Source of the DNA: Edaphocola sp.
Lineage (GTDB): Bacteria; Bacteroidota; Bacteroidia; Chitinophagales; Chitinophagaceae
Length of the DNA stretch: 64,000 bases
Direction of reading: 5' to 3'
Assembly: GCA_047605615.1 (NCBI GenBank)
Contig: JASGFI010000001.1
Span: forward strand, 486 to 64,485
In this document: positions 1 to 11,704 of the stretch, one piece after another
Position numbering within the stretch: the first letter of the stretch is position 1
Layout: each line of letters opens with the position of its first letter
The notes under the pieces: generated by a model
The model's input: only the letters and a program-made list of their open reading frames with translations
Database searches by the model: none
Told to the model about the DNA's origin: nothing
Position numbers and translations under genes: made by a program

Positions 1-682
1 GGCTGCGCGACCTGCGCTTGAACTGCACGAATGCCTTTAGCAGGTTCACCACGTTCTTGCGGGGATGCAGGGCACCGGTAAACAAAAAATACTCGCACCC
101 CTCGGTATATTGCCTCTTTACGGCTTCTTTGGCCAAAAAATCCAATGGTTGAAATATATCCTGAACACCATTGTGCACCACGGTTATTTTTTCTTCGGGT
201 ATGCGGTATTGGTTCATCAGGTCTTGTTTGGTAAACAAGGAAGGCACGAATATTCCGGCGGCCTTGGCGGCAAAACGAGGCGTGTAGCGTTTATAATGCC
301 ATTGGTGCAACTTATCTACGAACTGCGGAAAATGCACATACGCCAAATCGTGAATAGTGATGAAGGTGGGCACCTCGGTACGCAGCGAACCCAAGCCATC
401 GGGCGAAAAATATACATCGGCCTTATACTTGCGCAAGGCCGCCGGTATGGCCCATTCTGTCCATAAATAATACAAAAACGGATGCCGGGCTTGGGGCTTC
501 AGCACCACGGGCGTTACATTGGGGCCGAACACAAACGATGGGTCGTAGGGCCTGTCAAACAAGAAAACAAACTCATGATCGGGGTGGCTGCGCACCATCC
601 GCCACAGTATTTCGTTGGCAAACCAGCCAATGCCTTCCAGCTTGTCTTTCAGCAAAAGCCTTGTGTTAACCGCTATGCGCAT
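1..682 (-). CDS. Glycosyltransferase family 4 (partial, runs off the window start)
   Basis: Manual translation, not in the ORF track: MRIAVNTRLLLKDKLEGIGWFANEI...TIHDLAYVHFPQ...ITVVHNGV...LFTGALHPRKNVVNLLKAF, a typical GT4 pattern. Confidence 0.85.
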   Translation of the reverse strand, partial: MRIAVNTRLLLKDKLEGIGWFANEILWRMVRSHPDHEFVFLFDRPYDPSFVFGPNVTPVVLKPQARHPFLYYLWTEWAIPAALRKYKADVYFSPDGLGSLRTEVPTFITIHDLAYVHFPQFVDKLHQWHYKRYTPRFAAKAAGIFVPSLFTKQDLMNQYRIPEEKITVVHNGVQDIFQPLDFLAKEAVKRQYTEGCEYFLFTGALHPRKNVVNLLKAFVQFKRRSRS

Positions 683-803
683 AAGGGCGCGAAGTTACTG
701 AACCAAGCTATTTTGGCGGCATAAAAATTTATTGATGAATGTGAACGGAAGTACATCCCGATACTTACATACAGAAAATCCCTCCCAGATATTTCCCCAT
801 CGG

Positions 804-1520
804 CTACCTGCGCACGTACACATACATCAGCAACAGCAACGCCGCAACAACCAGCATTGCCAGCCAAGGATGCCACTTGTGCCACTGCCCTTGGCGCCGC
901 CTGCTTTTGCGTTCCGACAGCCACCAATGGCGCACCCCACCCGTTTGGGCCAAGGGGCGCAAGCGTTCCAATACAGGCAAGGCGAAATAATAGGGCAACA
1001 CCTTGGTGGCATCGACTATGCCCCCGGCGAAAGCCTCGCGTGCGGCAGCTTCGCCCGGTTGAAGCAAAATCGCCATCTTTTCGTCTGTCAGCAAAAATTG
1101 CAAATAGTCGTGGAGCAATTCCTTGTTCAGCCTGTACACATCGGCGGTAGCCGGCAGCCTTATCAGTTTCGACACCTCCTTGCATAAAAATTCGGGACTG
1201 GCTATCGCAACCCTGTCACCATATCCATGCAGCCAACGTTCGTAGTCGTAATGGTCGCGAAGTTCTTTCTTTGATAAAATGCCGTATGCTTCCTGTATTT
1301 CCCCGAAACGCGCGGCCGCAAACTGATTGTCGGCGGCCTTGTCGGGATGATAAAGGTGCGCCAGCCTCCTGAAAGATTTTTTTACCTCTCCGGGGGTGGC
1401 TTTTGTGCCTATTTCCAATATTCGATAATAGTCCTTTAAGATGGCACCGAGTTTTTCTATGGAAAATATCGCGACATCATTTCCGGTTTGCACGTAACAA
1501 TGGGGCAAATTACCGCCCAA
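804..1520 (-). CDS. DnaJ (J-domain) protein; true start probably near 1440
   Basis: KDYYRILEI...KKSFRRLAHLYHPDK J-domain with HPD motif; C-terminal hydrophobic helix. Confidence 0.8.
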   Translation of the reverse strand: MGGNLPHCYVQTGNDVAIFSIEKLGAILKDYYRILEIGTKATPGEVKKSFRRLAHLYHPDKAADNQFAAARFGEIQEAYGILSKKELRDHYDYERWLHGYGDRVAIASPEFLCKEVSKLIRLPATADVYRLNKELLHDYLQFLLTDEKMAILLQPGEAAAREAFAGGIVDATKVLPYYFALPVLERLRPLAQTGGVRHWWLSERKSRRRQGQWHKWHPWLAMLVVAALLLLMYVYVRR

Positions 1521-1696
1521 ACCTTAACAATGTTGTAAAACTCAATTTAATGTATTGTGAAATACCCATTTTGAGCAATATTTGAGGCCGATGTTTCGTA
1601 GCTTTACAATAGTCGGACAAGAAAGCATAGCAACAAACACACATATTGTTTGCCCCGGAAATGAATGTACGTTCACAACCCCCAAAAAACCAAGTT

Positions 1697-2194
1697 ATGA
1701 CAGCCAAAGAATTCAATGAAATGCTCATCGGCAACAGCGATTTCCTGCAACCCGTAGCTGTATCACTTACCCACGATTCGGAAGACGCCAAGGACCTGAT
1801 ACAGGAAACCATGTACAGGGCCATGGCCAACCGCGAAAAATACCAGGCCGGCACCAACATCAAGGCATGGCTGTACACCATCATGCGCAACATCTTCATC
1901 AACAACTACCGCCGCAACAAGAAATTCGCCAAGGTGGCGGCCGACGTCCCGCAGGATTATTTCCTGTACCAGACCGGTCGGGTGGCGCGCAACGAAGGCA
2001 TCGTCAACAACGGCGTGCGCGAAATCAAGGCGGCCATCAACCGCCTGCCCGACATCTTCCGGCTGTCGTTCGAGCTGCATTACTTGGGCTACAAGTACCA
2101 GGAAATAGCCGATGCCTTGCAGGAACCACTGGGCACCATCAAGAGCCGCATACACTTTGCCCGCAAAATGTTGGCCGCCAGGCTGACGAGGTAA
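1697..2194 (+). CDS. ECF sigma-70 factor
   Basis: Region 2 DAKDLIQETMYRA/KAWLYTIMRNIFINNYRR and region 4 YQEIADALQEPLGTIKSRIHFARK. Confidence 0.92.
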   Translation: MTAKEFNEMLIGNSDFLQPVAVSLTHDSEDAKDLIQETMYRAMANREKYQAGTNIKAWLYTIMRNIFINNYRRNKKFAKVAADVPQDYFLYQTGRVARNEGIVNNGVREIKAAINRLPDIFRLSFELHYLGYKYQEIADALQEPLGTIKSRIHFARKMLAARLTR

Positions 2195-2222
2195 TCTTTA
2201 TTGGATGCAGGTACCGAATGCC

Positions 2223-2256
2223 ATGGCCCGCCGGAGGCGGGCCATCGGATTTTTTC
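2223..2256 (+). terminator. Probable intrinsic terminator after the sigma factor
   Basis: 10-bp stem atggcccgcc/ggcgggccat followed by a short T run. Confidence 0.55.
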
Positions 2257-2298
2257 AAAATTACAAACTTGCAAAAGCTGTAATTACTCCTTTATAGT

Positions 2299-2463
2299 TA
2301 GAGCCTGTTTAAAATTCATTCGTTCGTTTCCTTATGGCTCTTTTCGGCGAAAAACTTCGTTGATTTTTTCGACATAGTGCCGGCTATGTCTGCAAAATTC
2401 GCCTCGTTTTCGCTCGAAAATAGCCTATAAGAAATTCTAACAATAAAATTTAAACAGGCTCTA
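2299..2463. mobile_element. MITE-like element, copy 1 (165 bp)
   Basis: Perfect terminal inverted repeats tagagcctgtttaaa/tttaaacaggctcta; internal hairpin gacatag-tgccgg-ctatgtc; interior similar to the elements at 50772 and 61015. Confidence 0.8.
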
Positions 2464-3163
2464 AATGTCTTTTAAAATCGTGGATAAAATATATCAACGG
2501 GTTGAAGCTACATAAGATAAATCAAACTTCCAAAGTTCCTCTGTCGTAAAATAGTAAAAAAAACCACGTACTCTGTATAACCGTAGTGGCGTATTTGGAC
2601 TTTTTGTTTTTCTCACCATTAAACAGGGGCAAGAAGGGATTAACAGAAATCAACCTGCCAAGGTAAGTAAGACGCATTACGGTAGGGCTTCGTTGAGTTA
2701 TTGTTCCTCAATGTCCCTGCCCGTTTGCTTGCGAATGGTTTGCTCCAACAGTTGCAGGGGCAAGAGCGGCGGGTTGAAGGTAGGCGCGGCCGCAATTCGG
2801 CTTCAATGAACGCAGGTATGTCGCGTAATGCCATGCCGCTTTCGTGCCATTCTTTTATGAGTATGGGCGTGGTTCGGAAAAAATGTTGCAACCGTTCTAC
2901 TTCACCATTCCGGACACAGTACCCAAAATTTTAACTAAATTTGAAAAATCATTCATCAAAAAAGAGTTAACCTAATAGTAGGACAATACAGTTGGCAATG
3001 TTGTACATCAAGCAAATTGGCACACGTAGGGGCGCAAGCAGCAAGATTGGTATAGCATCGGTTTCTGGTGCATTGCTTTGCCTGGTTAAAGGCTATCCTT
3101 GGCATCCGTAAAATTATTTGGTGCGGTTTGGTGTTTCTTTTTATTTTTATGGAGATAATGCCG

Positions 3164-3171
3164 TACTTTTG
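3164..3171 (+). promoter_or_regulatory. Bacteroidota primary-sigma -7 element upstream of atpD
   Basis: TACTTTTG matches TAnnTTTG, 45 nt before the atpD start, with TTTG further upstream. Confidence 0.55.
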
Positions 3172-3197
3172 CAGCCAAAATTCTATTCTCTTTATAA

Positions 3198-4721
<1,524 letters not shown>

Positions 4722-4751
4722 TCCTGGGTTTTGAAATTTTAAATTAGTACC

Positions 4752-5009
4752 ATGCAATTAGAAATATTGACCCCCGAGCATAAAGTATATAGCGGCGCGG
4801 TGTACGGCGTACAGTTGCCGGGCGTAGAGGGTTCGTTTGAAATACTGGAAAACCACGCCCCAATGGTAGCTGCCTTGGGAAACGGAAAAATGAAAATACT
4901 GAAAGACAAGGTAAGCAACGAAATCTACGCCATAAACGGCGGGTTCGTGGAAACCTTGAACAATAAGACAACCGTGCTGCTCGAAGGTGCGGAGTCCGTT
5001 TCCTACTGA
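4752..5009 (+). CDS. atpC: ATP synthase subunit epsilon (short form)
   Basis: LEILTPE...LPGVEGSFEILENHAPMV, directly after atpD. Confidence 0.95.
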   Translation: MQLEILTPEHKVYSGAVYGVQLPGVEGSFEILENHAPMVAALGNGKMKILKDKVSNEIYAINGGFVETLNNKTTVLLEGAESVSY

Positions 5010-5048
5010 TGATATTTTTGGAAGGAAACTGCTTGGGTTGATTTTCTG

Positions 5049-5083
5049 AAATGGACTGTGCCGTATCGGTGCGGTCCATTTTT
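5049..5083 (+). terminator. Intrinsic terminator of atpDC
   Basis: aaatggactgtgccg-tat-cggtgcggtccattt stem (with GU pairs) plus T tract. Confidence 0.75.
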
Positions 5084-5523
5084 CTTTAGAACCTGTTTGA
5101 AATCCATTTATTATTGTTTGTTGCAATGCCAAAATAAAACCGCACCAAAAGCTATCCGGCACACGGCATAAAACAGCACGGCCTCCCAGAAAGGGAGGCC
5201 GAACATTAACCATTAACCAATGAACACCAGAAGATGGCATCCTGAACTTTAACCAAAATTGTATGTGCAATATTTATGCCAAACGATTAATGGATGAGCA
5301 TGGATAATCTAAATGTTTGAATATTTTTATTTAAATTCTTATTGAACTTAGCATTAATTATCTACAACAATAAACAATGACCATGAAATTTTTTGCTTTT
5401 TCTACATAAAAACCGCATACATTCGCTGGGCAATAAAAATTTCTTCTCGCACGGCCCGTATGCAAGAGACATCCCCCACAAATTTGGCGGCAGGGGTAAA
5501 CGGCCTCGTAAAATATACTATTT

Positions 5524-7599
5524 TTGAACCCTATGGGTTTTACGTTTCCATTGTTTTTGCTGGCAGCCATTTTGTTGGCGGTGCCCGTTTTGATTCACCT
5601 TTTTAATTTAAGGAAATATAAACGCGTATTCTTTCCCGATACCCGTTTCCTGCGGGATATAAAACTATCTACCAACCAGCGGGCGCAGCTCAGGGACAGG
5701 GTGCTGCTTGCCCTCCGCTTGCTGTTTCTGGCGGCCTTGGTGCTGGCGTTTGCCCGGCCTTTTTTCGGAAATGGTCACACTACGGCCACGGACAGGCTGG
5801 CGGTCATTTATATCGACAATAGTTACAGCATGAACTTGGCCGATGGCCAACAAAGCCTGTTGCAGCAAGCCAAGAAACAAGCTGCCGAACTGGTGGGCGG
5901 CCTGGGCAACGAATCGCGCTATTTGATACTTACCAACGACCACATAGCTGCCGGCAGGCCATTGATGCGCCAAGAAGCGTTGGATTTTATAGCCCAAATC
6001 AAAACTTCGAGCATCGCGGTTCCCCTGGCCCGGTTGATAGCCTCGATTAACAGCATCTCCGCAAACGAACGGGGAAACAGTATGCAGGTATATTGCTACA
6101 GCGATTTTCAGCAAAATATGCTAAACGGGAAATTAACCGCCGCATTGCCAAAAGAAACCCGGGTTTACCTAATGCCGCTAAACGCCCAAAAAGCGGGCAA
6201 CCTATACGTAGATACCGCATTTTTCCTATCGGCCCAATTGGATGCACGGCAACCCAGCGATTTGGTGGTGCGGGTAAAGCAAAGCGGGCCTCAGCGCGTT
6301 GCAAAGGGAAATATGCAGGTGTCGGTAGATGGCCAGGTGCGCGCGGTGGCCGCGCTGCCCGATGAAATAGGAGCAACCTGGTGCGACACCCTGCAACTAC
6401 AAGCCGGGGGCAAAGGCTGGCAACAAATGGACATTGCCCTGCACGATGCGCCCCTAACCTTTGACGACACATTCCGCATGGCCATTCGTACCGCGCAAGA
6501 AAAATCCGTTTTGGTCTTGAGCGAAAAAGGTACCGACCCATATTTACAGGCAGCTTTTCGTTCCTTCCAAAGTTTTTCGCTGGTAGAAAAGCCGGCCGGC
6601 AGCGTACGGGCCAACGATGATTGGGGCAGCTATTCGTTGGTGGTGTTGCAAGACATCGAAAGGTTTCCGCCCTCGTTGTTGCAAGCCACCGTCGCGGCCT
6701 TGCAGCATGGCCAAAATGTACTTTTCTTTCCGGGCCGCAATGCGGATGTGGCCGCATTGAACGCATCGTTCAAAACGCTGGGCGACTTCTATCTTGCCAG
6801 TGCCGACACGCAGCGCAGCCCCATAGCCGTACTACAGGAGGCGCATCCGCTTTTGCGCGACGTATTCGAGAAGGTGCCCGACAATGTGTCGCTGCCGGTG
6901 GCATCCATGCATTTTCCCCTTCGTGCGGGCATCAGTACCAACGAGCAAGCCGTCATGAGTTTCAGGGACGGCAGCCCATTCCTTACCCAGTTACATTTGT
7001 TTCAGGGCAGGCTGTTTGCGTGTACCGCCCCTTTAGGCGAGCGTGGTTCCAATTTTGCCCTGGGCTATTATTTTGCCCCGTTGTTGTACAAAATGGCCGT
7101 GCAGGGTGGGGTGGGCAATATATACGCCGCCACCATTGGCGAGGCCGCAGCTATATGGTTGCCCGCCGCCACGACCGGTACCAGAACCGTTTGGCACTTG
7201 TGGGGCAATGGGGTAGATGCCATACCGGGCCAAAGACCGGCAGGGGCGGGCACCAATATCTTGCTGCAACAATCTGCCGCCGCCACGCCGGGCTTTTATT
7301 GGTTGTACAATGGCCTTCCCGGCGATTCTGTTTTGATTGGTTTGAATGTGGCGCGCACCGAGTCCGACTTGGCTTTTGCCGACCAGAAAAGTATTGAACG
7401 CTATTTTGCACCCGCAAAAATAAATTGGGTGAACGGCCCGCAGCAATACCAACAACTAATAGCTGCAAAAGGGAATACCGAAAAATTGCCTGTCTGGAAA
7501 ATATTGGTGGCATTGGCCATGCTTTTTTTAATAGTGGAAACTTGGCTGTTGTTGCGCAAGTCTGTAAGTCCCAAAGCTGCCGGGGGTGCGGCAGCATAA
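5524..7599 (+). CDS. BatA N-terminal domain membrane protein
   Basis: FTFPLFL...PVLIHLFNLRKYKRVFFPDTRFL...LALRLL...LAFARP; vWA-like IDNSYSM; C-terminal TM helix. Confidence 0.85.
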   Translation: MNPMGFTFPLFLLAAILLAVPVLIHLFNLRKYKRVFFPDTRFLRDIKLSTNQRAQLRDRVLLALRLLFLAALVLAFARPFFGNGHTTATDRLAVIYIDNSYSMNLADGQQSLLQQAKKQAAELVGGLGNESRYLILTNDHIAAGRPLMRQEALDFIAQIKTSSIAVPLARLIASINSISANERGNSMQVYCYSDFQQNMLNGKLTAALPKETRVYLMPLNAQKAGNLYVDTAFFLSAQLDARQPSDLVVRVKQSGPQRVAKGNMQVSVDGQVRAVAALPDEIGATWCDTLQLQAGGKGWQQMDIALHDAPLTFDDTFRMAIRTAQEKSVLVLSEKGTDPYLQAAFRSFQSFSLVEKPAGSVRANDDWGSYSLVVLQDIERFPPSLLQATVAALQHGQNVLFFPGRNADVAALNASFKTLGDFYLASADTQRSPIAVLQEAHPLLRDVFEKVPDNVSLPVASMHFPLRAGISTNEQAVMSFRDGSPFLTQLHLFQGRLFACTAPLGERGSNFALGYYFAPLLYKMAVQGGVGNIYAATIGEAAAIWLPAATTGTRTVWHLWGNGVDAIPGQRPAGAGTNILLQQSAAATPGFYWLYNGLPGDSVLIGLNVARTESDLAFADQKSIERYFAPAKINWVNGPQQYQQLIAAKGNTEKLPVWKILVALAMLFLIVETWLLLRKSVSPKAAGGAAA

Positions 7600-7728
7600 C
7601 TTTTCAAAAAGGATGGCCGATTTGGACACAATGTTATGCACAATTTGCCGCGGCTAACATCAATAGCAGAACAAAAAAACAGACAACGAACAGGCCTATG
7701 CAGGACTAAAATTGTGTAACTTTACTAC

Positions 7729-8412
7729 ATGAAAACCAAAGAGAAATTGACGATAGAAAAACTGATAGAAGAAGCCCAACTTTTTTGTGTGGAACAATCT
7801 AAATTCCAACACAAAGAACTTTATGGCGTAACAGACGGCAAAGCGGTAGGAACACCTATTGAACATAAATTCCAATCACACTTAAACGAAAAATACGAAG
7901 TTTTAGTTGGCTCTTCTGCAAGAGGAATAGACTTGCCTTCGGACGATATTCAGACAGACATAAAAGTAACTTCCATAAAACAACCACAATCATCTTGTCC
8001 TTTCAAAGATGCTAAACAAAAGATATTCGGACTTGGTTACAATCTTCTCGTTTTTGTTTACGACAAAACAGACGACCCGACAACACAAACAGCAATCTTA
8101 AATTTTGTAAGTTGTTCGTTTGTTCACAAGGAACGGACGGCAGATTACACAACAACTTACCGTTTGCGAGAAATGGTAAAAGACGGTGCAAACGAAGCTG
8201 ACATCATCGCTTATTTGCAAGACAAAAATATTCCTGCGGACGAAATTACGTTAGCAAAAGTTGCTGAACAGATTTTACAGACACCGCCCGAACAAGGTTA
8301 CTTGACAATTTCCAATGCCTTGCAATGGCGACTACAATATCAACGAATTGTTGCCTTGACGGATGATATTCAAGGAATTGAAAAAAATGTAAGCTACAAC
8401 AAACCGCAATGA
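7729..8412 (+). CDS. Type II restriction endonuclease, NspV-like
   Basis: LYGVTDGKAVGT, GID.P..DIKVTS (PD-(D/E)xK-like), QPQSSCPF and LTISNALQWRLQY recalled from R.NspV-type enzymes; overlaps a methyltransferase. Confidence 0.8.
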   Translation: MKTKEKLTIEKLIEEAQLFCVEQSKFQHKELYGVTDGKAVGTPIEHKFQSHLNEKYEVLVGSSARGIDLPSDDIQTDIKVTSIKQPQSSCPFKDAKQKIFGLGYNLLVFVYDKTDDPTTQTAILNFVSCSFVHKERTADYTTTYRLREMVKDGANEADIIAYLQDKNIPADEITLAKVAEQILQTPPEQGYLTISNALQWRLQYQRIVALTDDIQGIEKNVSYNKPQ

Positions 8413-10181
8413 TGAAAGTATTTGAAGCAAATATTACTCATCAGGTTTCGGATTATCTGAACGATAATTTGAAAAACGTTGTGTCTTTTGAAAAGGCTAA
8501 TCAAAAAATGTATGAAGCCTTCGGCTTCATACATTTTTTTGATAATGCAGAAGATTTGCAAATACTGAAAGAAACAATTTCTATTTCTCAAAATATCGTT
8601 TCAGAACCCGACAGAGCTGAATATGGCGATTTTCAAACCAATACAGAATTAGCAAATAAAGTTGCTTTTCATCTGACAACAAAAAATATTTCGCCTGAAA
8701 TTATTATTGAACCGACTTGCGGAAAAGGCAATTTTATTATTGCTTCATTGAAGCATTTCAGTAACGTAAAAAAGATTTTTGGTATTGAAATTTACAAGCC
8801 TTACGTTTGGGAAAGTAAATTTAATATCATTGATTTTTACCTAAAAAACCCAACCGAAGACAAACCCGAAATTTCAATCATTCACAGTAGCGTTTTTGAC
8901 TTCGATTTCAAAGCTATTGCCAAAGAAAACAGCACAAAAGAAATTTTAATTATTGGCAATCCGCCTTGGGTTACAAATTCAAAATTAGGCAGTTTAAATT
9001 CATCTAATCTTCCCAAAAAAACGAACTTCAAAAATCACAATGGATTAGATGCAATGACAGGAAAAGGCAATTTTGACATTGCCGAATACATTGCTTTGAT
9101 GATGATTGAAACATTTCAACATCAAAAAGGAAATATCGCTTTATTGGTCAAAAATACGGTAATCAAAAACATTGTCTTCGACCAATTCACAAAAAAGTAT
9201 TCCATTTCTGAAATAGAAAAACATTGCATTGACAGCAAAAAAGAGTTTAATGTTTCGGTAGAAGCCTCTTTATTTTATTGCAAATTAAATTCAAACCCTA
9301 CATTCGATTGTTCAGAATTTGACTTTTACAATAATTCAAAAGCAAAACTGAATTTTGGTTGGTTGTCAGACAAGTTTGTTTCAAACATTGATACCTATTC
9401 CAATGCCGAACAAATTGACGGAAAATGTCCGTTTGAATGGCGACAAGGAATAAAACACGATTGTTCTTCCATTATGGAATTGGACAAAGTGAACGGACAT
9501 TTTGTAAACGGACTGAAAGAAGAAATTAAATTGGAAAGCGATTTGGTTTATGGCATTTTAAAAAGTTCTGACTTGAAAAATACAGTCATAAAAGAAACGA
9601 GAAAACACACCATTTTAACGCAGAAAAAAGTAGGGCAAGAAACCAACTACATCAAAAACGATTTTCCGAAAACCTATCAATATTTAAGCGAACATCAGGA
9701 CATTTTTAATGCAAGAAAATCGAGCATTTACAACAACAAACCGCCATTTTCAATTTTTGGAGTTGGTGATTATTCGTTTAAACCTTACAAAGTTGCTATT
9801 TCGGGACTTTACAAAACGTTTCATTTTACGCTTGTTTTACCGCAAAACGAAAAACCCGTAATGCTTGACGACACTTGCTATATGTTGGGTTTTGACAGAT
9901 TAGAATTTGCTGTTTATTCGTTGATACTTTTAAACTCTGAAACAACAATGCAGTTTCTGCAATCCATAACTTTTGCAGACGCAAAACGAACTTTCACAAA
10001 AGACGTTTTAATGCGTATTGACCTTTTGGAGTTGGCTCAAACTATTGACAAATCAGAACTACAAAACGAACTGAATTACATAAATAACACATACAATTTT
10101 AATATGACTTTGGATTTTTGGGGCGACTTCATTAACGAAATGACACCGATAAAAAGCAGACAAGTTGAGATGTTTGCATAG
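8409..10181 (+). CDS. N6-adenine DNA methyltransferase (gamma order), partner of the REase
   Basis: Motif I IIEPTCGKGNF before motif IV IGNPPW; ATGA overlap with the REase; AT-rich. Confidence 0.88.
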   Translation: MMKVFEANITHQVSDYLNDNLKNVVSFEKANQKMYEAFGFIHFFDNAEDLQILKETISISQNIVSEPDRAEYGDFQTNTELANKVAFHLTTKNISPEIIIEPTCGKGNFIIASLKHFSNVKKIFGIEIYKPYVWESKFNIIDFYLKNPTEDKPEISIIHSSVFDFDFKAIAKENSTKEILIIGNPPWVTNSKLGSLNSSNLPKKTNFKNHNGLDAMTGKGNFDIAEYIALMMIETFQHQKGNIALLVKNTVIKNIVFDQFTKKYSISEIEKHCIDSKKEFNVSVEASLFYCKLNSNPTFDCSEFDFYNNSKAKLNFGWLSDKFVSNIDTYSNAEQIDGKCPFEWRQGIKHDCSSIMELDKVNGHFVNGLKEEIKLESDLVYGILKSSDLKNTVIKETRKHTILTQKKVGQETNYIKNDFPKTYQYLSEHQDIFNARKSSIYNNKPPFSIFGVGDYSFKPYKVAISGLYKTFHFTLVLPQNEKPVMLDDTCYMLGFDRLEFAVYSLILLNSETTMQFLQSITFADAKRTFTKDVLMRIDLLELAQTIDKSELQNELNYINNTYNFNMTLDFWGDFINEMTPIKSRQVEMFA

Positions 10182-10537
10182 GTATATAAAATAATTGAAA
10201 TGGTTTGCTTTTGCAAACAAATATCAACACTTTTTTAAAGGTTCTAAATATTGTTTATAAAAATTTTGTTTCTGATTTATACGACAACAAACATAACTTT
10301 CTTTATTGTTATTCACACGGACATTTGCTCGACCCGAAAAATGACAGGATGGTTATAAAATATATGGAAAGAATGCTATGTTTGCAGGCAACGCCCAAAT
10401 GAAAAGATGCTCTATCCATACACTAACTGCGTTTGGCATTAGGCAGCATCATTTTTCATGTATATTTTTTTTAATTTCATGCTCCCTATCCAGGTTTGCG
10501 ATAAAAAATCAGCCGAACCCACCCATTTCCCTACCGT

Positions 10538-11653
10538 ATGGAACACTTGCCGCAAAGCGAACTTTTTTACCAAATAGCACTCACGCAAACGGATTTGGTT
10601 GGCAGCAAAACCGCCAGGCAATTGCTGCGCCATTTCACCACGGCCAAAGCAATATTTGAAGCACCGCCCAAACAAATAGCCGCCATCGAAGGCATAGGCG
10701 CCAAAACTATTTCGGCCCTTAGGGACGGCATTGACCGGGTGCGCGTGGAGCGGGAATTGCAATTCATCCACAAACACCACATACGGCCATTGTTCATTGC
10801 CGACGAACATTATCCTGCAAGGTTGAAGCATTGCGAAGACGCGCCGCCATTGCTGTATTATAAAGGCAGCGATAACATTTTGAACGGCAAAAAGATGGTA
10901 GCCATAGTAGGCACCAGGAAGAACACCGATTACGGCACCAAGATGACCGAAGACTTGGTAACGGCCTTGCAGCAATTAGACGTAGTGATAGTAAGCGGCT
11001 TGGCATTGGGCATAGACGTGATAGCACACAGGAAAGCACTGCAACTGGGCATACCCACCATTGGCGTCATGGCCCATGGCATGGACAATATTTATCCGCC
11101 CCAACACAAGCACATAGCCAAGGAAATGTTGCAAAACGGAGGCCTGCTGACCGAATATGCGAGCGGCACGCCACCCGATAAATTCAACTTCCCCATGCGC
11201 AACCGCATAGTGGCGGGCATGTGCGACGTGGCGGTGGTAGTGGAAACGGAAACCAAGGGCGGTGCCATGATAACGGCCAAGCTGGCGGCATCCTACAATA
11301 GGGAAGTGATGGCCTTCCCGGGTAGGGTGGTGGACAAAAAATCGGAAGGCTGCAATTATTTGATAAGGGCCAATATGGCTACTTTGATTAACAACGGAGC
11401 CGATTTGATAGCATCGATGGCTTGGGAAACCCACACCAAGAAGAACGTGGCCATACAGCAACGTTTGTTTGGCCACATGAGCGACGATGAAAAGAAGATA
11501 GCGGATATCCTGGCGCAAACCGAGGGGATGCACATTGACGAACTGCAATTGAAATCGGGTTGGGGAAACAGCCGGCTTGCCTCTTTGTTGTTGACCATGG
11601 AACTGGCGGGCGCATTGAAATCTTTGCCGGGCAAAAGGTACAGGATGGCGTAA
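10538..11653 (+). CDS. dprA: DNA processing protein DprA
   Basis: VAIVGTR, VSGLALGID, FPMRNRIVAG, GGAMITA, C-terminal winged helix. Confidence 0.97.
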   Translation: MEHLPQSELFYQIALTQTDLVGSKTARQLLRHFTTAKAIFEAPPKQIAAIEGIGAKTISALRDGIDRVRVERELQFIHKHHIRPLFIADEHYPARLKHCEDAPPLLYYKGSDNILNGKKMVAIVGTRKNTDYGTKMTEDLVTALQQLDVVIVSGLALGIDVIAHRKALQLGIPTIGVMAHGMDNIYPPQHKHIAKEMLQNGGLLTEYASGTPPDKFNFPMRNRIVAGMCDVAVVVETETKGGAMITAKLAASYNREVMAFPGRVVDKKSEGCNYLIRANMATLINNGADLIASMAWETHTKKNVAIQQRLFGHMSDDEKKIADILAQTEGMHIDELQLKSGWGNSRLASLLLTMELAGALKSLPGKRYRMA

Positions 11654-11704
11654 TTTTTTTGCCAAATTTTATTTTGTAATCTCTTTTAAAAATAGCCTTT
11701 CGAT

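Noticed and set aside
2640-2934. Track ORFs 2640-2891 (-) and 2701-2934 (+)
   Set aside because: No recognisable motif or convincing start; cannot be supported as genes.
5179-5330. Hairpin ggcctccc/gggaggcc and A-rich leader-like tract after atpC
   Set aside because: No downstream ORF or recognisable RNA family; the adjacent MITE-like end has no partner.
7620-7728. Integron-like cassette junction (gttatgc) before the R-M genes
   Set aside because: No matching inverse core site after the methyltransferase and no integrase in the window.
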